Shown here: in pieces, positions 62,181 through 64,000 of the stretch | How the letters are laid out: each line of letters begins with the position of its first letter | How positions within the stretch are numbered: position 1 is the first letter of the stretch | DNA from: a virus | Direction: 5' to 3' (one strand) | DNA length: 64,000 bases | Virus record (IMG/VR): IMGVR_UViG_3300017957_001843 | Location: 1 to 64,000 of that record | The notes under the pieces: model-generated | Told to the model about the DNA's origin: nothing | The model's database searches: none | Seen by the model: the letters and a program-made list of their open reading frames with translations, nothing else | Program-made: the position numbers and the translations under genes

Positions 62181-64000
62181 CTATTCAGCTGACCCCGGAT
62201 CATTGTCATCATCGACTCCATCTGCATTAGGAGTACCATCAGCATTTTGTGGTCCTGGTAAGTTTTGTTGATCTTCTGGCTGTACTACTGGATCCTCTAG
62301 ATCGTTTCCTTGTTCTTCGTCAGGATGAGGATATTCTGTTTCGTCTCCATTCGACGGTCCTGCCGGTATAGTTCCGTTCCTTGGGAATGTAAAGGCTCCT
62401 CCTTCTTGTGTATGGGCACTGAAGTGCATAGCATCGTCTAAGCTAGTCCAGGCTCCGCCCCATCCTAATCCGTGCTTGTTTGCAATCTCAAGTGTGTTAG
62501 CAGGCATATCTGTAATAGGAGCATTTGGCGGACGAGGTCTAAAAAATCCATTTACGCCGCCGTCAACCGGATCTGGCCAGTTGATATCTATAGCGGCGCC
62601 GCTGGCGTGACAACTCCAACTTCTTCCTGCTCTAACAGATCTATATGCATAGCCGCCAAGTTTTTTAATTTCATAACCTGTAGCTTCAAACTCATCAAGA
62701 AAATCTTGAAAATTCTTTTGGAAAACTTCTGCAACTTGACAACTTAGTCCTGCTCTTCTAGCATATACTGTAACAAGTTTACCTTGTCCGTTAGGATCAA
62801 ATTGTGCATCACTAGGTGGTGTCGAATTTGGATCATTGTTTACTTGTCCGTCACCTGTTCCTCCACTAAAATCAGCACTTGATCCTGCTGAACCTGTTAC
62901 AGATCTTGAACTATTACTTCGTGCTGTGTTTTTATTAAATGTATCAGGACTTTCGTATCTTTCTGCAGGCACTAGTGTACCTGGCATTTCTCTATCTGTT
63001 TGTTCTTTTTTGAATGCCTGTGGATTTGTATTCTCGTGGTGCATATAAGGCTCGTGTTGGGGAGACCTTGTAAGAATACTTTCGTAAGGAACAGGTTGTT
63101 GAGCGCCAGGAAACATATAAGGAAGCGTGATTGTAGTTAACGGTTCTATTGATAATGCATCTACAGGATCGCTTGCAAGAGTTGCATTTAATGCTGTTAA
63201 TGCAATTATATGATCGTCACCTTCGGTTGCAGACGAACTATTTCCACTGTTCCAATGTATGTCAGTAGCATCTCCTGTTATTCTTGTAGCACCTTGTATG
63301 TTTACTGTGCCGCCTAATGCATTGTGAAAAGTATCTGTTCCAGCAATTAAGTTGTGTGCAGTTCCTGCTTCTTGGAACATTTCAGCTGCACTTATTAAAG
63401 TCATACGAGCTTCGGTTTCGTTAACAAAATTACCTGTTACTTTTAAACTTAAATCTCCTTCAATAACTTTATGATCCCATCCTGTAATTACACCATCCAT
63501 ATTACCATTAATACGGAATCTACAATCTCCACTATCCACTCCTTCACCAGTAGTTGATAGATTATAACTAGCAGATTTATCATATCTTATACCAACAGTT
63601 AAATCGTGCATATTAACGCCAGCATAACGAAATGTACTTGCGCCACTTTTTTGGTGCATTGTAGCGTCAGCTTTTATTCTAATATTTCTATTACTATGTA
63701 AACCGTAATCACCTTTTACTGTAGTTTTCTTTCCTAATCCTACAGTTGTGTCCGATTCTCCGGTAACTGTAAGTCTATAATCTTTTCCAACGTGAATTTT
63801 TGTGTCAAACATACTTTCAAGATGTATTCTGCCACTTTCTTTAGAATCAAAATATTGCTGCTCATCGCTCCATCTTGCAGTTGCTTTCATATTAATATTT
63901 CTGCCAGCTTCGATATTGAAGTCTCTTTCTGCTGTAAAGTTAATGTCATTATCAGACATTACACTTATACTATCCTGTGCGTGAATATCAATTTTACCAT
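62181..64000 (-). CDS. gp5-like baseplate hub/tail spike, 5'-truncated by the window, with C-terminal peptidase M15 domain
   Basis: The frame stays open beyond 63959 to the window edge (...GKIDIHAQDSISVMSDND); beta-helix-type repeats; M15 motifs SCHASGAAID and WGGAW...DAMHF; precedes gp25. Confidence 0.8.
   Translation of the reverse strand, partial: GKIDIHAQDSISVMSDNDINFTAERDFNIEAGRNINMKATARWSDEQQYFDSKESGRIHLESMFDTKIHVGKDYRLTVTGESDTTVGLGKKTTVKGDYGLHSNRNIRIKADATMHQKSGASTFRYAGVNMHDLTVGIRYDKSASYNLSTTGEGVDSGDCRFRINGNMDGVITGWDHKVIEGDLSLKVTGNFVNETEARMTLISAAEMFQEAGTAHNLIAGTDTFHNALGGTVNIQGATRITGDATDIHWNSGNSSSATEGDDHIIALTALNATLASDPVDALSIEPLTTITLPYMFPGAQQPVPYESILTRSPQHEPYMHHENTNPQAFKKEQTDREMPGTLVPAERYESPDTFNKNTARSNSSRSVTGSAGSSADFSGGTGDGQVNNDPNSTPPSDAQFDPNGQGKLVTVYARRAGLSCQVAEVFQKNFQDFLDEFEATGYEIKKLGGYAYRSVRAGRSWSCHASGAAIDINWPDPVDGGVNGFFRPRPPNAPITDMPANTLEIANKHGLGWGGAWTSLDDAMHFSAHTQEGGAFTFPRNGTIPAGPSNGDETEYPHPDEEQGNDLEDPVVQPEDQQNLPGPQNADGTPNADGVDDDNDPGSAE

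Noticed and set aside
36208-63984. Numerous 60-200 aa plus-strand ORFs over the structural genes
   Set aside because: They lie almost entirely antisense to long, well-supported genes and show no recognisable motifs.
1-64000. Stop-codon reassignment, as seen in some large phages
   Set aside because: Genes are long and tightly packed under the standard code. TAG ends several genes (13594, 24387, 25669, 31113, 62181) and TGA ends many in ATGA overlaps.
1-64000. tRNA/rRNA genes, introns, inteins, homing endonucleases, DGR, CRISPR
   Set aside because: Intergenic gaps are under 70 bp, and I recognised no reverse transcriptase, Hint, HNH/GIY-YIG or repeat-spacer patterns by eye.

Overview
This is an AT-rich segment of a large, T4-like myovirus (contractile-tail phage) genome using the standard genetic code. 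Nearly all genes lie on the minus strand. The right part (25.7-64 kb) is the baseplate/tail-fibre module: a 5'-truncated gp5-like hub protein with an M15 peptidase domain, gp25-like and gp6-like wedge subunits, a 5270-aa wedge/structural protein, three fibre proteins with a shared N-terminus, and two paralogous 1.6-1.8 kaa appendage proteins. One appendage protein is glycine-rich. The other carries pure polyproline tracts of 14, 17 and 26 residues. Directly downstream lies a ~25 kb 'tailoring' cluster that runs off the window edge. It begins with a prolyl-4-hydroxylase-like 2OG-Fe(II) oxygenase and contains five glycosyltransferase-like genes, eight radical SAM enzymes (seven Twitch/SPASM-type, one B12-binding), a UDP-sugar 6-dehydrogenase, an (R)-amine-transaminase-like PLP enzyme, a methyltransferase, GNAT-, SGNH- and isochorismatase-like proteins, and three more 2OG oxygenase-like proteins. 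My best hypothesis (inference) is a phage-encoded virion post-translational modification system: the polyproline fibre is hydroxylated, then glycosylated with radical-SAM-tailored sugars, resembling plant extensins. DNA hypermodification and host-surface modification remain alternatives. Regulatory signals include a consensus sigma70 promoter for the enzyme operon, recurring TAAATA late-type motifs, and a perfect 14-bp hairpin over the hydroxylase start codon. All family calls come from motif recognition by eye; no database searches were run.
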